DNA of 64,000 bases from the human T2T-CHM13v2.0 reference genome, Homo sapiens (GCF_009914755.1 NC_060930.1), one strand, 5' to 3'; numbered from the stretch's first letter, positions 46,096 through 61,194 are shown. Made by a program: numbers and translations. Notes: generated by a model not told the origin, from the letters alone.

Positions 46096-48330
46096 CTGGA
46101 AATTCCAAAACGATACACGTCACAAGAGGTGGGACAACATGCAGGGGCACCCCACACTCTCTCCTTTGTGCTGCAACAAGGTCATTACCGGTGCCTTTCT
46201 AATATTCCCATTAAAAGTACCATATGATTGCCACCAGCAAAAATGGCTCTCGATCACTAATCCTCTCTGCACATCTCTCATACTTAATAGATTATTACTA
46301 TTTTTTTTAAATAAAAAATCTAAAGTAGCAAACGCTTCTTAGAAACACTGAGATAACACACACACGTGGCCGAAAAACGATCAGAGTATTCTCCTTCTGC
46401 CTCCTACCCAATCCATCTCTCTGGAATAACTGGTATGGGTTTTGACGTCTGTATTGTGGGATTGTGTATTCACATGCAAATGCATCTGTATCTGTCTAGT
46501 CTCCGTATCTCTCTCGGTAGGACTTCATATTCTAATGTGGGAGTTGCAACGAACATGTAGTTCTTCAGAAAACACACGTCATCCAGGAGGATAGCCGTTC
46601 CAGGTCAACCCTCACACTCTATGTACTCAATACGTAGTGAAAAGGCTCTACCTTTCCCACAGAAAAGCATTGTGCAAATAGTATTACTGTCTGTCAGGTT
46701 TAGTAGGTTTGTTTCTCCAAGACTTCTCAAAGCTGCCCTGGAAAACTTGCTCCCAGGCAGGATGCAGTATCTCTAGAAGGGGTTCCTAGGCAGGTCCTTC
46801 TCTCCTGCTCTCAGTCTACCCTCTGCTGGCCGCAGCTACTCCGGGACTGAGGGAAAGGGGGATGAGTTGAAAGAACAGTGGGACCCATGGCATAAAGGAA
46901 GACGGCAGGGTGGACTAAGAGATCTGAAGAGGTCGGACAGCTACGGAGCAGCAGAGAAAAATGCATTAGGGGGCAAAGCAGGCGAGTAGTTTGGGCTGCG
47001 GGGATCTTGAAGCATTCGCTCTTCCTTATGCCTCCCAAGAACGTTGCTCCAACCTCCCAGTATCCTCACATTCATGACCTCTGGCTGCCTGAGAAAATGG
47101 GAAATGTATTATGGGCCATGGGGTTCCAACACTGTCTCTCTAGAGACTCTAGACTTGTGGCCTAGTCTCAACCCCAGACCCTCCATTCCAGGAAGCTGGT
47201 TCAATGAGCAACTGGATGTATAAGAGCCTGAGCTCTTGAAAGACTTCTAGTTCTTCCTTGGCTTCCCTCTTTTGAATGCATGGACTATTCTTATTATACC
47301 AAAAACCTCAGAGTTCAAACCTTTGTGATTGCTCTAGGATTTGCAATATCCCTTCGAACCCGCACAGTACCCTTTTATTAATATGACACACCATCGTGCA
47401 TGAGGTAAAGAAACTTACAACGGTACACTTCGAATTAATCCCTTCGTGATTTATGCTACCATTTCAAATTCTTACCTCTACATATGCTGAAGTTAAATAT
47501 CTTGCTATCATTTTGTTTCAAGTAGTCAACTCTCATTTACAAAGATATAGAAATTTGATCAAGAAAATATTTTGCATTTACATCTATCTACATTTGCCAA
47601 TTGCTGGATTCTTCATTACGTGGGCTGCAGAAAGTTCCTTTCTTGTTCAATTCTTCTTCTACCTAATTCCTTCGGGTCACCTCTCTTGTTACATAAGCCT
47701 GCTGATTTCCAATTCTTACAGTTTCCGGTTTCTTTCTTTGGGGCAGTGCACAATATGCATTTATCCGACATGGATGATCTTCAAGGCATTTTATTGCTGG
47801 ATTCAGCATTCCCGGTTGATCTCTTTTTGTTCCTGATTATCATTTTAACAATATTCCCTGGTATCTGGCTTCCAGTGTTTCTGAGGTGAACACATTGGCA
47901 ATTTGTATCAGTGTACTTGTAGGAAGACACAGCTCTTTTTCCTCCAGTTTCTCGTGACAGGTTTCTTCTTATTACATCTTTGCCTTGTTACCTTCGAACT
48001 GTGATGTACAAAAGTACATCATACAGGTTGGGTTTTTTTTCCGAAATTCCCTATGTGATCCCTTGAGTTTCACGATTCTGTGATTTTTTTTAATGTTCTT
48101 CGTAATTGAAAAGTTATCAGCCATCCTTGATTCCGGTATTTGTTTCTATTCCAAACTCCCTTGCTCTTTACTGTGACTTGCTTCCCACATGCAGGAAATC
48201 TTTTCATATTTTCCTACATGTCTGTGAGGCTCGCTTAATTTTATATTTCACTGTTTCTTCAGGGGTGCGCGTGTCTGTGTGTGTTAGAACTTGTGAGTTT
48301 CTGCGTGTGTGTGAGTATGGGTGTGTTTTC

Positions 48331-48361
<31 letters not shown>

Positions 48362-50090
48362 AGCTCATTCTGTAGGTTCTCTAGAATTGTGTGTTGGGTA
48401 ATGTTTTCCTCTGAAACGTCTAAATTGATCAGCCGGCCATACAGTAATTTTTTTCAATTAAGACATACTTTTTTTATACTAGCTCTTTAATTTAATTTGG
48501 CTATTCTGTACTGTTAATTTCTCTTGATATGATATCTGCTTTCTTGCATGTTGTTTTTTTAAATATTTGAAATCAGTTATCATACTGATATGTCAAATTT
48601 TCACGCAATTCTAATCATTTCTCTCATTCCTGAGCCTGTTTGTATTACCCGATTTATTTCCTGGTCATGGGTCACACGAAACGCTTTTCTACATGTAGTC
48701 AGATTTTAAATTTAGGACTCACTCTGCGGATACCGCATAGCTGAGGCAATCGACTTTGTTGTTTACTTCTAAAGAGAGTTGAGATTTCCTCTCACAGGCA
48801 CTTCATTGATTGGAAACCGATTTGATGCTTGGACACTTGCTTTCCAGCTGTGCAAGGGGTTGTCTGCAGCTGACTTTATTCTAGTAATATACTAAGTGTA
48901 CCTTTAAATTACGGCTGTTCTGGGGTCTCCACTGAATTGGCAATGTGCTCCGTGAGGACTCTCTGGTCTAGCTGGGAAGAACTCCAGTATCCCAGAGTGC
49001 TATGTGATCTCTCTCTTCTTTATTGAGCTTCCTGTGCTCTTGTACTTGCTGTTTCTCAGTAAATGTTCTTTGCCACACTTTCTCGTGGAACCATTTCCTG
49101 TGCACAGGCAGCGTCATGTCAGGCCAACGACTGGAGGAGACTTCTATGCGTATTTGTAGAGCTCTTTTCCTCCACAAACCAGTTCTTATTTCTAGCAGAC
49201 CTAGAAAAATTTCAGCTACCACAGTCATCCCAAACTCCAATCCCTCTCCTCCATTCAGCAAGATGGCTACAGTCTGCTTGGGCTCCATCTCCTTGCTATT
49301 CAGTGCAGGAAGGGTATCCAGGAAGAAAGCCAAGGCATCTGCGGAGTGGAGCCCATCATTGCCCCTCTCTCAATTCTCTAGGTCCTCTACCATCTGTTGT
49401 CCCACATGTAGAAACCATTTTTCCATGTCTCTGGTAGTCGCTTGTGGCCAAAATATTGGCCATTGGGTGGTCAGACCCGGGCTTCTCTCCATCCACCCAT
49501 CCCTTTTACTTTTCAGCATCCCTCTCTGTGCTGACTCTCATCTGCCTTCCTTCCTTGGATCTTCTCTTGCTGGGAACCTGTATCCCTTCAGGCCACTGGT
49601 ACTTAGGAACGAGTGTTTTTCTGACAATCGGAATATACGTAGATATAGAAACAGATCAATTCACCTGTCCATAAATAAGCACCTATTCTTTCCTCTTGAA
49701 CCCAGAGAGAAAAGGCAAACGCAACCTTCCCTTCAGGAAGTGGAAGCCAGAATAACGGAATTCCAACTGGAAAGTCTCCATTGACGTTTAGTTGGTGTTG
49801 TGGAAGGGTAATCTAAGTGTCTGGTCCTTTGTCATTCTGACTTTCTTCATAATGTGATCTCCTCACCTCCAGATTTCCCTTCTGCTCAATAGAACTAGGA
49901 GGAAGGAGAGGGAGCTTAACATTTCCCTTCTCTCAGACCCTTAGCTCCAAGGCAATCATCCTGAGACATTTTGCTACGCCATCTGCATCTGTCACAAGTT
50001 GAGTTCGGAGAACTCAGCTTGAGACACATCTCTTGTAACAGAAACTTCACTTGGCCCTTTCTTCTCTTATGGTAAAGAACAAAGACATAC

Positions 50091-50250
50091 GCATTTGGGT
50101 AGTATTCTGGGGTCCGACTATGCGAGTGTGGTGTCATAGATGACCAAGCTTGGCAGGTTCTTCCAGTGACAGTGGTGGAGTATGTGCCTCGATAACTCTG
50201 TCCATTACCGTGGTAGCACTCCTGCACCCCAGGCCTCTGCTCAGTCGGTG
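50091..50250 (-). CDS. LPA: apo(a) KIV-2 exon 1, unit n (type B signature)
   Basis: 160 nt; ttcag / gtatgt; G14/C41/T86. Confidence 0.97.
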
Positions 50251-51460
50251 CTGAAATGAAAACACAAGAAATAAACTGAGTATCTCTGAGAATAACGAAA
50301 TATGTGAAGCCATTTATGACACAACCAGAAAGGAGTCTATGAGAATTACGAACGTTATCTTTCCCTTACCTGTAGGCAGATGGATGGGAGAAAACCAACC
50401 AAAAAACATACAGCAAACCTACAGATTCCTACCAATCTAGAACTGTAGTAAGTTCTAGGAAATATTTCACCTGAAATCCTTAGAAAAACAGAACAGAACA
50501 GACTCCTTCTCACTGCAAAGTGCGCTCACGAAGTAGCACCTTTCTATGAAACTCTACTGAATGTTCATACAAAGGGCACTGCATTTGGCAATGCAGGATG
50601 CAGGTGGTAATTGGCTGTCGAGGGCAGAGGAGGGGAAAGACATGGAAATTTTGCATGTTTCCCTAGATCGTTGATCATGAAAGCCAAGGCCTCTGGCTTC
50701 CAGGCCATGGGGCAGAAAACGATCCTATATATCTGACTGAAGGCAAAGACACTTTGCTTCTCAAGGATGTGTGCACGCCAAAACCTTCTTCCCTTGGAGG
50801 AGGGAGGGAATCTTCTCATGCCCTGCATCCTGAATTGCAGTAAAGGAGAAGTCTACTAACCTTTCTCTCTAGACCCCTCACAGGTACAAGTGCCATCAGA
50901 AAGAGGTTTAAGAACACTGAGAAATCACTCCCTTCAAAGCCTAGGACTGAAGAGCCTTAGAGCATTGGGAGCTCATATACTGCTCCATAGACCCAGGACC
51001 ATATGGAATTAATGCAGCCCTGTTAGGTTTCTCGAGGATGACAGGCTCCAGAGCCACATTTTTTGAAATCTGCAATGCTGAAGATTGCACTGACTGCTGG
51101 CTACTTGAAGAAATCCCCAGAAAAGCTTACTGCGACAGAAAGAATCACACACCTGACAGCACGTTACAATAAAAATTTTGGCTAAGACACTGAGATAGCC
51201 CATTTTAGAAGGAGGTGAGTTGTGAAGCCCATCACCCTGGAAGGTTTGTGCCCATTCTAAAGACAAAGCCCACCCAAGTTGCACCAGAAATCACTCCGCT
51301 GGCTCCCCCAGAGAGTACACGGAGGCTTCCCCCAACATGGCAGAACTCCGGCAACACTCGAGCATCCGTTTACCATTGAAGGCGGCTGCATCAGTGGGAA
51401 TTTCCATGGCTTTTCATCCCAGCATCGAAGCGTGTAGATGTCTGGCCACAGACTCCTTAC

Positions 51461-51642
51461 CTTGTTCGGAAGGAGCCTCTAGGCTTGGAACCGGGGTAAC
51501 AGTCGGAGGCGCGACGGCAGTCCCTTCTGCGTCTGAGCATTGCGTCAGGTTGCAGTACTCCCACCTGACACCGGGATCCCTCGTATAACAATAAGGAGCT
51601 GCCACAGCATCTGGATTCCTGCAGTAGTTCATGATCAAGCCA
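51461..51642 (-). CDS. LPA: apo(a) KIV-2 exon 2, unit n-1
   Basis: 182 nt; same translation and splice sites as 45914-46095. Confidence 0.97.
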
Positions 51643-53877
51643 CTGGAAATTCCAAAACGATACACGTCACAAGAGGTGGGACAACATGCAGGGGCACCCC
51701 ACACTCTCTCCTTTGTGCTGCAACAAGGTCATTACCGGTGCCTTTCTAATATTCCCATTAAAAGTACCATATGATTGCCACCAGCAAAAATGGCTCTCGA
51801 TCACTAATCCTCTCTGCACATCTCTCATACTTAATAGATTATTACTATTTTTTTTAAATAAAAAATCTAAAGTAGCAAACGCTTCTTAGAAACACTGAGA
51901 TAACACACACACGTGGCCGAAAAACGATCAGAGTATTCTCCTTCTGCCTCCTACCCAATCCATCTCTCTGGAATAACTGGTATGGGTTTTGACGTCTGTA
52001 TTGTGGGATTGTGTATTCACATGCAAATGCATCTGTATCTGTCTAGTCTCCGTATCTCTCTCGGTAGGACTTCATATTCTAATGTGGGAGTTGCAACGAA
52101 CATGTAGTTCTTCAGAAAACACACGTCATCCAGGAGGATAGCCGTTCCAGGTCAACCCTCACACTCTATGTACTCAATACGTAGTGAAAAGGCTCTACCT
52201 TTCCCACAGAAAAGCATTGTGCAAATAGTATTACTGTCTGTCAGGTTTAGTAGGTTTGTTTCTCCAAGACTTCTCAAAGCTGCCCTGGAAAACTTGCTCC
52301 CAGGCAGGATGCAGTATCTCTAGAAGGGGTTCCTAGGCAGGTCCTTCTCTCCTGCTCTCAGTCTACCCTCTGCTGGCCGCAGCTACTCCGGGACTGAGGG
52401 AAAGGGGGATGAGTTGAAAGAACAGTGGGACCCATGGCATAAAGGAAGACGGCAGGGTGGACTAAGAGATCTGAAGAGGTCGGACAGCTACGGAGCAGCA
52501 GAGAAAAATGCATTAGGGGGCAAAGCAGGCGAGTAGTTTGGGCTGCGGGGATCTTGAAGCATTCGCTCTTCCTTATGCCTCCCAAGAACGTTGCTCCAAC
52601 CTCCCAGTATCCTCACATTCATGACCTCTGGCTGCCTGAGAAAATGGGAAATGTATTATGGGCCATGGGGTTCCAACACTGTCTCTCTAGAGACTCTAGA
52701 CTTGTGGCCTAGTCTCAACCCCAGACCCTCCATTCCAGGAAGCTGGTTCAATGAGCAACTGGATGTATAAGAGCCTGAGCTCTTGAAAGACTTCTAGTTC
52801 TTCCTTGGCTTCCCTCTTTTGAATGCATGGACTATTCTTATTATACCAAAAACCTCAGAGTTCAAACCTTTGTGATTGCTCTAGGATTTGCAATATCCCT
52901 TCGAACCCGCACAGTACCCTTTTATTAATATGACACACCATCGTGCATGAGGTAAAGAAACTTACAACGGTACACTTCGAATTAATCCCTTCGTGATTTA
53001 TGCTACCATTTCAAATTCTTACCTCTACATATGCTGAAGTTAAATATCTTGCTATCATTTTGTTTCAAGTAGTCAACTCTCATTTACAAAGATATAGAAA
53101 TTTGATCAAGAAAATATTTTGCATTTACATCTATCTACATTTGCCAATTGCTGGATTCTTCATTACGTGGGCTGCAGAAAGTTCCTTTCTTGTTCAATTC
53201 TTCTTCTACCTAATTCCTTCGGGTCACCTCTCTTGTTACATAAGCCTGCTGATTTCCAATTCTTACAGTTTCCGGTTTCTTTCTTTGGGGCAGTGCACAA
53301 TATGCATTTATCCGACATGGATGATCTTCAAGGCATTTTATTGCTGGATTCAGCATTCCCGGTTGATCTCTTTTTGTTCCTGATTATCATTTTAACAATA
53401 TTCCCTGGTATCTGGCTTCCAGTGTTTCTGAGGTGAACACATTGGCAATTTGTATCAGTGTACTTGTAGGAAGACACAGCTCTTTTTCCTCCAGTTTCTC
53501 GTGACAGGTTTCTTCTTATTACATCTTTGCCTTGTTACCTTCGAACTGTGATGTACAAAAGTACATCATACAGGTTGGGTTTTTTTTCCGAAATTCCCTA
53601 TGTGATCCCTTGAGTTTCACGATTCTGTGATTTTTTTTAATGTTCTTCGTAATTGAAAAGTTATCAGCCATCCTTGATTCCGGTATTTGTTTCTATTCCA
53701 AACTCCCTTGCTCTTTACTGTGACTTGCTTCCCACATGCAGGAAATCTTTTCATATTTTCCTACATGTCTGTGAGGCTCGCTTAATTTTATATTTCACTG
53801 TTTCTTCAGGGGTGCGCGTGTCTGTGTGTGTTAGAACTTGTGAGTTTCTGCGTGTGTGTGAGTATGGGTGTGTTTTC

Positions 53878-53908
<31 letters not shown>

Positions 53909-55637
53909 AGCTCATTCTGTAGGTTCTCTAGAATTGTGTGTTGGGTAATGTTTTCCTCTGAAACGTCTAAATTGATCAGCCGGCCATACAGTAATTTTTT
54001 TCAATTAAGACATACTTTTTTTATACTAGCTCTTTAATTTAATTTGGCTATTCTGTACTGTTAATTTCTCTTGATATGATATCTGCTTTCTTGCATGTTG
54101 TTTTTTTAAATATTTGAAATCAGTTATCATACTGATATGTCAAATTTTCACGCAATTCTAATCATTTCTCTCATTCCTGAGCCTGTTTGTATTACCCGAT
54201 TTATTTCCTGGTCATGGGTCACACGAAACGCTTTTCTACATGTAGTCAGATTTTAAATTTAGGACTCACTCTGCGGATACCGCATAGCTGAGGCAATCGA
54301 CTTTGTTGTTTACTTCTAAAGAGAGTTGAGATTTCCTCTCACAGGCACTTCATTGATTGGAAACCGATTTGATGCTTGGACACTTGCTTTCCAGCTGTGC
54401 AAGGGGTTGTCTGCAGCTGACTTTATTCTAGTAATATACTAAGTGTACCTTTAAATTACGGCTGTTCTGGGGTCTCCACTGAATTGGCAATGTGCTCCGT
54501 GAGGACTCTCTGGTCTAGCTGGGAAGAACTCCAGTATCCCAGAGTGCTATGTGATCTCTCTCTTCTTTATTGAGCTTCCTGTGCTCTTGTACTTGCTGTT
54601 TCTCAGTAAATGTTCTTTGCCACACTTTCTCGTGGAACCATTTCCTGTGCACAGGCAGCGTCATGTCAGGCCAACGACTGGAGGAGACTTCTATGCGTAT
54701 TTGTAGAGCTCTTTTCCTCCACAAACCAGTTCTTATTTCTAGCAGACCTAGAAAAATTTCAGCTACCACAGTCATCCCAAACTCCAATCCCTCTCCTCCA
54801 TTCAGCAAGATGGCTACAGTCTGCTTGGGCTCCATCTCCTTGCTATTCAGTGCAGGAAGGGTATCCAGGAAGAAAGCCAAGGCATCTGCGGAGTGGAGCC
54901 CATCATTGCCCCTCTCTCAATTCTCTAGGTCCTCTACCATCTGTTGTCCCACATGTAGAAACCATTTTTCCATGTCTCTGGTAGTCGCTTGTGGCCAAAA
55001 TATTGGCCATTGGGTGGTCAGACCCGGGCTTCTCTCCATCCACCCATCCCTTTTACTTTTCAGCATCCCTCTCTGTGCTGACTCTCATCTGCCTTCCTTC
55101 CTTGGATCTTCTCTTGCTGGGAACCTGTATCCCTTCAGGCCACTGGTACTTAGGAACGAGTGTTTTTCTGACAATCGGAATATACGTAGATATAGAAACA
55201 GATCAATTCACCTGTCCATAAATAAGCACCTATTCTTTCCTCTTGAACCCAGAGAGAAAAGGCAAACGCAACCTTCCCTTCAGGAAGTGGAAGCCAGAAT
55301 AACGGAATTCCAACTGGAAAGTCTCCATTGACGTTTAGTTGGTGTTGTGGAAGGGTAATCTAAGTGTCTGGTCCTTTGTCATTCTGACTTTCTTCATAAT
55401 GTGATCTCCTCACCTCCAGATTTCCCTTCTGCTCAATAGAACTAGGAGGAAGGAGAGGGAGCTTAACATTTCCCTTCTCTCAGACCCTTAGCTCCAAGGC
55501 AATCATCCTGAGACATTTTGCTACGCCATCTGCATCTGTCACAAGTTGAGTTCGGAGAACTCAGCTTGAGACACATCTCTTGTAACAGAAACTTCACTTG
55601 GCCCTTTCTTCTCTTATGGTAAAGAACAAAGACATAC

Positions 55638-55797
55638 GCATTTGGGTAGTATTCTGGGGTCCGACTATGCGAGTGTGGTGTCATAGATGACCAAGCTTGG
55701 CAGGTTCTTCCAGTGACAGTGGTGGAGTATGTGCCTCGATAACTCTGTCCATTACCGTGGTAGCACTCCTGCACCCCAGGCCTCTGCTCAGTCGGTG
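55638..55797 (-). CDS. LPA: apo(a) KIV-2 exon 1, unit n-1 (type B signature)
   Basis: 160 nt; G14/C41/T86. Confidence 0.97.
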
Positions 55798-57007
55798 CTG
55801 AAATGAAAACACAAGAAATAAACTGAGTATCTCTGAGAATAACGAAATATGTGAAGCCATTTATGACACAACCAGAAAGGAGTCTATGAGAATTACGAAC
55901 GTTATCTTTCCCTTACCTGTAGGCAGATGGATGGGAGAAAACCAACCAAAAAACATACAGCAAACCTACAGATTCCTACCAATCTAGAACTGTAGTAAGT
56001 TCTAGGAAATATTTCACCTGAAATCCTTAGAAAAACAGAACAGAACAGACTCCTTCTCACTGCAAAGTGCGCTCACGAAGTAGCACCTTTCTATGAAACT
56101 CTACTGAATGTTCATACAAAGGGCACTGCATTTGGCAATGCAGGATGCAGGTGGTAATTGGCTGTCGAGGGCAGAGGAGGGGAAAGACATGGAAATTTTG
56201 CATGTTTCCCTAGATCGTTGATCATGAAAGCCAAGGCCTCTGGCTTCCAGGCCATGGGGCAGAAAACGATCCTATATATCTGACTGAAGGCAAAGACACT
56301 TTGCTTCTCAAGGATGTGTGCACGCCAAAACCTTCTTCCCTTGGAGGAGGGAGGGAATCTTCTCATGCCCTGCATCCTGAATTGCAGTAAAGGAGAAGTC
56401 TACTAACCTTTCTCTCTAGACCCCTCACAGGTACAAGTGCCATCAGAAAGAGGTTTAAGAACACTGAGAAATCACTCCCTTCAAAGCCTAGGACTGAAGA
56501 GCCTTAGAGCATTGGGAGCTCATATACTGCTCCATAGACCCAGGACCATATGGAATTAATGCAGCCCTGTTAGGTTTCTCGAGGATGACAGGCTCCAGAG
56601 CCACATTTTTTGAAATCTGCAATGCTGAAGATTGCACTGACTGCTGGCTACTTGAAGAAATCCCCAGAAAAGCTTACTGCGACAGAAAGAATCACACACC
56701 TGACAGCACGTTACAATAAAAATTTTGGCTAAGACACTGAGATAGCCCATTTTAGAAGGAGGTGAGTTGTGAAGCCCATCACCCTGGAAGGTTTGTGCCC
56801 ATTCTAAAGACAAAGCCCACCCAAGTTGCACCAGAAATCACTCCGCTGGCTCCCCCAGAGAGTACACGGAGGCTTCCCCCAACATGGCAGAACTCCGGCA
56901 ACACTCGAGCATCCGTTTACCATTGAAGGCGGCTGCATCAGTGGGAATTTCCATGGCTTTTCATCCCAGCATCGAAGCGTGTAGATGTCTGGCCACAGAC
57001 TCCTTAC

Positions 57008-57189
57008 CTTGTTCGGAAGGAGCCTCTAGGCTTGGAACCGGGGTAACAGTCGGAGGCGCGACGGCAGTCCCTTCTGCGTCTGAGCATTGCGTCAGGTTGC
57101 AGTACTCCCACCTGACACCGGGATCCCTCGTATAACAATAAGGAGCTGCCACAGCATCTGGATTCCTGCAGTAGTTCATGATCAAGCCA
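57008..57189 (-). CDS. LPA: apo(a) KIV-2 exon 2, unit n-2
   Basis: 182 nt; same translation and splice sites. Confidence 0.97.
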
Positions 57190-59424
57190 CTGGAAATTCC
57201 AAAACGATACACGTCACAAGAGGTGGGACAACATGCAGGGGCACCCCACACTCTCTCCTTTGTGCTGCAACAAGGTCATTACCGGTGCCTTTCTAATATT
57301 CCCATTAAAAGTACCATATGATTGCCACCAGCAAAAATGGCTCTCGATCACTAATCCTCTCTGCACATCTCTCATACTTAATAGATTATTACTATTTTTT
57401 TTAAATAAAAAATCTAAAGTAGCAAACGCTTCTTAGAAACACTGAGATAACACACACACGTGGCCGAAAAACGATCAGAGTATTCTCCTTCTGCCTCCTA
57501 CCCAATCCATCTCTCTGGAATAACTGGTATGGGTTTTGACGTCTGTATTGTGGGATTGTGTATTCACATGCAAATGCATCTGTATCTGTCTAGTCTCCGT
57601 ATCTCTCTCGGTAGGACTTCATATTCTAATGTGGGAGTTGCAACGAACATGTAGTTCTTCAGAAAACACACGTCATCCAGGAGGATAGCCGTTCCAGGTC
57701 AACCCTCACACTCTATGTACTCAATACGTAGTGAAAAGGCTCTACCTTTCCCACAGAAAAGCATTGTGCAAATAGTATTACTGTCTGTCAGGTTTAGTAG
57801 GTTTGTTTCTCCAAGACTTCTCAAAGCTGCCCTGGAAAACTTGCTCCCAGGCAGGATGCAGTATCTCTAGAAGGGGTTCCTAGGCAGGTCCTTCTCTCCT
57901 GCTCTCAGTCTACCCTCTGCTGGCCGCAGCTACTCCGGGACTGAGGGAAAGGGGGATGAGTTGAAAGAACAGTGGGACCCATGGCATAAAGGAAGACGGC
58001 AGGGTGGACTAAGAGATCTGAAGAGGTCGGACAGCTATGGAGCAGCAGAGAAAAATGCATTAGGGGGCAAAGCAGGCGAGTAGTTTGGGCTGCGGGGATC
58101 TTGAAGCATTCGCTCTTCCTTATGCCTCCCAAGAACGTTGCTCCAACCTCCCAGTATCCTCACATTCATGACCTCTGGCTGCCTGAGAAAATGGGAAATG
58201 TATTATGGGCCATGGGGTTCCAACACTGTCTCTCTAGAGACTCTAGACTTGTGGCCTAGTCTCAACCCCAGACCCTCCATTCCAGGAAGCTGGTTCAATG
58301 AGCAACTGGATGTATAAGAGCCTGAGCTCTTGAAAGACTTCTAGTTCTTCCTTGGCTTCCCTCTTTTGAATGCATGGACTATTCTTATTATACCAAAAAC
58401 CTCAGAGTTCAAACCTTTGTGATTGCTCTAGGATTTGCAATATCCCTTCGAACCCGCACAGTACCCTTTTATTAATATGACACACCATCGTGCATGAGGT
58501 AAAGAAACTTACAACGGTACACTTCGAATTAATCCCTTCGTGATTTATGCTACCATTTCAAATTCTTACCTCTACATATGCTGAAGTTAAATATCTTGCT
58601 ATCATTTTGTTTCAAGTAGTCAACTCTCATTTACAAAGATATAGAAATTTGATCAAGAAAATATTTTGCATTTACATCTATCTACATTTGCCAATTGCTG
58701 GATTCTTCATTACGTGGGCTGCAGAAAGTTCCTTTCTTGTTCAATTCTTCTTCTACCTAATTCCTTCGGGTCACCTCTCTTGTTACATAAGCCTGCTGAT
58801 TTCCAATTCTTACAGTTTCCGGTTTCTTTCTTTGGGGCAGTGCACAATATGCATTTATCCGACATGGATGATCTTCAAGGCATTTTATTGCTGGATTCAG
58901 CATTCCCGGTTGATCTCTTTTTGTTCCTGATTATCATTTTAACAATATTCCCTGGTATCTGGCTTCCAGTGTTTCTGAGGTGAACACATTGGCAATTTGT
59001 ATCAGTGTACTTGTAGGAAGACACAGCTCTTTTTCCTCCAGTTTCTCGTGACAGGTTTCTTCTTATTATATCTTTGCCTTGTTACCTTCGAACTGTGATG
59101 TACAAAAGTACATCATACAGGTTGGGTTTTTTTTCCGAAATTCCCTATGTGATCCCTTGAGTTTCACGATTCTGTGATTTTTTTTAATGTTCTTCGTAAT
59201 TGAAAAGTTATCAGCCATCCTTGATTCCGGTATTTGTTTCTATTCCAAACTCCCTTGCTCTTTACTGTGACTTGCTTCCCACATGCAGGAAATCTTTTCA
59301 TATTTTCCTACATGTCTGTGAGGCTCGCTTAATTTTATATTTCACTGTTTCTTCAGGGGTGCGCGTGTCTGTGTGTGTTAGAACTTGTGAGTTTCTGCGT
59401 GTGTGTGAGTATGGGTGTGTTTTC

Positions 59425-59428
<4 letters not shown>

Positions 59429-59464
<36 letters not shown>
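59429..59464. repeat. (TG)18 STR in the KIV-2 long intron; (TG)13 in the other two units (48335, 53882)
   Basis: The 10-bp length difference accounts for the 5557 versus 5547 period. Confidence 0.93.
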
Positions 59465-59467
<3 letters not shown>

Positions 59468-61194
59468 CTCATTCTGTAGGTTCTCTAGAATTGTGTGTTG
59501 GGTAATGTTTTCCTCTGAAACGTCTAATTTGATCAGCCGGCCATACAGTAATTTTTTTCAATTAAGACATACTTTTTTTATACTAGCTCTTTAATTTAAT
59601 TTGGCTATTCTGTACTGTTAATTTCTCTTGATATGATATCTGCTTTCTTGCATGTTGTTTTTTTAAATATTTGAAATCAGTTATCATACTGATATGTCAA
59701 ATTTTCACGCAATTCTAATCATTTCTCTCATTCCTGAGCCTGTTTGTATTACCCGATTTATTTCCTGGTCATGGGTCACACGAAACGCTTTTCTACATGT
59801 AGTCAGATTTTAAATTTAGGACTCACTCTGTGGATACCGCATAGCTGAGGCAATCGACTTTGTTGTTTACTTCTAAAGAGAGTTGAGATTTCCTCTCACA
59901 GGCACTTCATTGATTGGAAACCGATTTGATGCTTGGACACTTGCTTTCCAGCTGTGCAAGGGGTTGTCTGCAGCTGACTTTATTCTAGTAATATACTAAG
60001 TGTACCTTTAAATTACGGCTGTTCTGGGGTCTCCACTGAATTGGCAATGTGCTCCGTGAGGACTCTCTGGTCTAGCTGGGAAGAACTCCAGTATCCCAGA
60101 GTGCTATGTGATCTCTCTCTTCTTTATTGAGCTTCCTGTGCTCTTGTACTTGCTGTTTCTCAGTAAATGTTCTTTGCCACACTTTCTCGTGGAACCATTT
60201 CCTGTGCACAGGCAGCGTCATGTCAGGCCAACGACTGGAGGAGACTTCTATGCGTATTTGTAGAGCTCTTTTCCTCCACAAACCAGTTCTTATTTCTAGC
60301 AGACCTAGAAAAATTTCAGCTACCACAGTCATCCCAAACTCCAATCCCTCTCCTCCATTCAGCAAGATGGCTACAGTCTGCTTGGGCTCCATCTCCTTGC
60401 TATTCAGTGCAGGAAGGGTATCCAGGAAGAAAGCCAAGGCATCTGCGGAGTGGAGCCCATCATTGCCCCTCTCTCAATTCTCTAGGTCCTCTACCATCTG
60501 TTGTCCCACATGTAGAAACCATTTTTCCATGTCTCTGGTAGTCGCTTGTGGCCAAAATATTGGCCATTGGGTGGTCAGACCCGGGCTTCTCTCCATCCAC
60601 CCATCCCTTTTACTTTTCAGCATCCCTCTCTGTGCTGACTCTCATCTGCCTTCCTTCCTTGGATCTTCTCTTGCTGGGAACCTGTATCCCTTCAGGCCAC
60701 TGGTACTTAGGAACGAGTGTTTTTCTGACAATCGGAATATACGTAGATATAGAAACAGATCAATTCACCTGTCCATAAATAAGCACCTATTCTTTCCTCT
60801 TGAACCCAGAGAGAAAAGGCAAACGCAACCTTCCCTTCAGGAAGTGGAAGCCAGAATAACGGAATTCCAACTGGAAAGTCTCCATTGACGTTTAGTTGGT
60901 GTTGTGGAAGGGTAATCTAAGTGTCTGGTCCTTTGTCATTCTGACTTTCTTCATAATGTGATCTCCTCACCTCCAGATTTCCCTTCTGCTCAATAGAACT
61001 AGGAGGAAGGAGAGGGAGCTTAACATTTCCCTTCTCTCAGACCCTTAGCTCCAAGGCAATCATCCTGAGACATTTTGCTACGCCATCTGCATCTGTCACA
61101 AGTTGAGTTCGGAGAACTCAGCTTGAGACACATCTCTTGTAACAGAAACTTCACTTGGCCCTTTCTTCTCTTATGGTAAAGAACAAAGACATAC

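Noticed and set aside
49023-49784. 253-aa + strand ORF repeated in each KIV-2 unit (also 54570, 60127) as a possible antisense gene
   Set aside because: Starts at TTG, has no recognisable domain, and is broken in KIV-3 and all other paralogous introns; recurrence only reflects the tandem repeat.
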